36,243 bases of DNA from an uncultured Chloroflexota bacterium. GTDB taxonomy: Bacteria > Chloroflexota > Limnocylindria > Limnocylindrales > Limnocylindraceae. The notes beneath the pieces are model-generated. The model was not told where the DNA came from and did no database searches. It saw only the letters and a list, made by a program, of their open reading frames with translations. The position numbers were made by a program, and so were the translations under genes. Below are positions 35,331-36,243 of the stretch, in pieces. How positions within the stretch are numbered: the stretch's first letter is position 1; each line of letters begins with the position of its first letter. The stretch spans positions 1 to 36,243 of the forward strand of contig CAJARA010000138.1 in the NCBI GenBank assembly GCA_903944295.1, given 5' to 3'.

Positions 35331-36243
35331 GCCGACCGCCACGCCTCCTTGCACTCGGTGCGATCGTGCTCGCGCTCGTCCTCGGACGCGTTGCAGCACC
35401 AGCACTGATCGGTGACGTGTTGGTGAGTGCCAGCCTCCGCTCGCCGGCACTCCTCTCGCTCCCACTCCTCGGCGACATCGTTGTTGAGCGACTCGGTGAT
35501 CGCATCAGCGCTCCCGCCGGGAGCGATACAACGCTCGTCACCGTAGAGATCGCGGCGGGCAGTAGTAGTAGCGAGATCGCGGCACAGCTTTATGAGGCAG
35601 GACTGATCGGCGACGAGACCGGCTTCATCGTTGCGGTGAGTCGCGCCGGCCTTGAAGGGGGCCTGCAGGCGGGACTCTTCCAGGTGGCGGCGAGCATGAC
35701 GCCGAGCGAGATCGCCGTTGCGCTGACGCAGCCGTATCGCGAGCCAGCGATCGCGGTGCAGTTGCGCGCCGGCCTTCGCCTTGAGCAGATCGTTGCGCAG
35801 ATCGGCACGCTCGACCTCCCCTTCACGCAGCGTGAGCTGCTCGATCTACTGCGCGCCCCATCGGCCGAGATTCTCGCCGACTACGACTGGCTTGACCTCC
35901 CGACCGGTTCAACGCTCGAAGGGCGGCTCGGCGCTGGCACCTTCAACGTGCCGGTGAGCGCAACGGCAGAACGCTTCGTTCGCATGCTTCTTGACCGATT
36001 CGCGGAGGAGGTCCCCGCCGAGCTTCGAGGTAGCGCGCCAGACGGGCGCTCCTTCCATGAGGTGCTGACGATGGCCTCAATCGTTGAGCGCGAGGCGGCG
36101 CTTGATGAGGAGCGACCACGCATGGCCGGCGTCTACGCGTATCGGCTGCAGCAGGGGATCGGGCTCTTTGCGGACCCAACGATCATCTGGGTTGCCGACT
36201 CTGCGGCGCTACGCAACCTGAAGCTCGAAAAGTGGCAGACCTA
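35327..36243 (+). CDS. mltG: Endolytic murein transglycosylase MltG (YceG), 3' truncated; absent from the ORF track
   Basis: Hand translation from ATG35327 is open to the window end: N-terminal TM, IAAQLYEAGLI, LQAG, MTPSEI, GLRLEQI, LEG, catalytic ASIVEREA, ERP..AGVY..RL, L.ADPT. Confidence 0.88.
   Translation, partial: MSRPPRLLALGAIVLALVLGRVAAPALIGDVLVSASLRSPALLSLPLLGDIVVERLGDRISAPAGSDTTLVTVEIAAGSSSSEIAAQLYEAGLIGDETGFIVAVSRAGLEGGLQAGLFQVAASMTPSEIAVALTQPYREPAIAVQLRAGLRLEQIVAQIGTLDLPFTQRELLDLLRAPSAEILADYDWLDLPTGSTLEGRLGAGTFNVPVSATAERFVRMLLDRFAEEVPAELRGSAPDGRSFHEVLTMASIVEREAALDEERPRMAGVYAYRLQQGIGLFADPTIIWVADSAALRNLKLEKWQT

Noticed and set aside
1-36243. CRISPR array, IS or prophage, dif site, rRNA, riboswitch or T-box
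   Set aside because: No spaced repeats, transposase or phage genes, or dif-like AT-rich palindrome were seen, and the intergenic gaps are too short for structured leaders.

Overview
A gap-free, GC-rich bacterial core-genome window with about 29 CDS and one tRNA. All but two CDS are on the + strand, and most junctions overlap (NTGA or TGATG/TAATG). Gene order: nucleoside ABC transporter (ATPase + 2 permeases), two tandem nucleoside hydrolases, LMW phosphatase (-), tRNA-Met(CAT), ftsH, M20 dipeptidase, prephenate dehydrogenase, NUDIX-like protein, comM, dprA, topA, xerC, murJ, FemX-like transferase, murE, rel, hisS, aspS, degenerate MobA-like protein (-), typA, cysteine desulfurase, mnmA, small membrane protein, alaS, ruvX/yqgF, mltG (cut by the window end). 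Gene content and compaction suggest a streamlined Chloroflexota genome such as Limnocylindria; this is inference only. I see no mobile element, CRISPR array, prophage or defence island, and no clear-cut novel multi-gene system. The best leads are: (1) a recurrent -10 hexamer 6-7 nt before ATG at five genes, indicating leaderless transcription; (2) strong synonymous avoidance of TCGA; (3) a murJ-fem-murE cassette whose MurE EDPR motif points to non-DAP, branched peptidoglycan; (4) a seemingly catalytically dead nucleotidyltransferase-fold gene divergent from typA.
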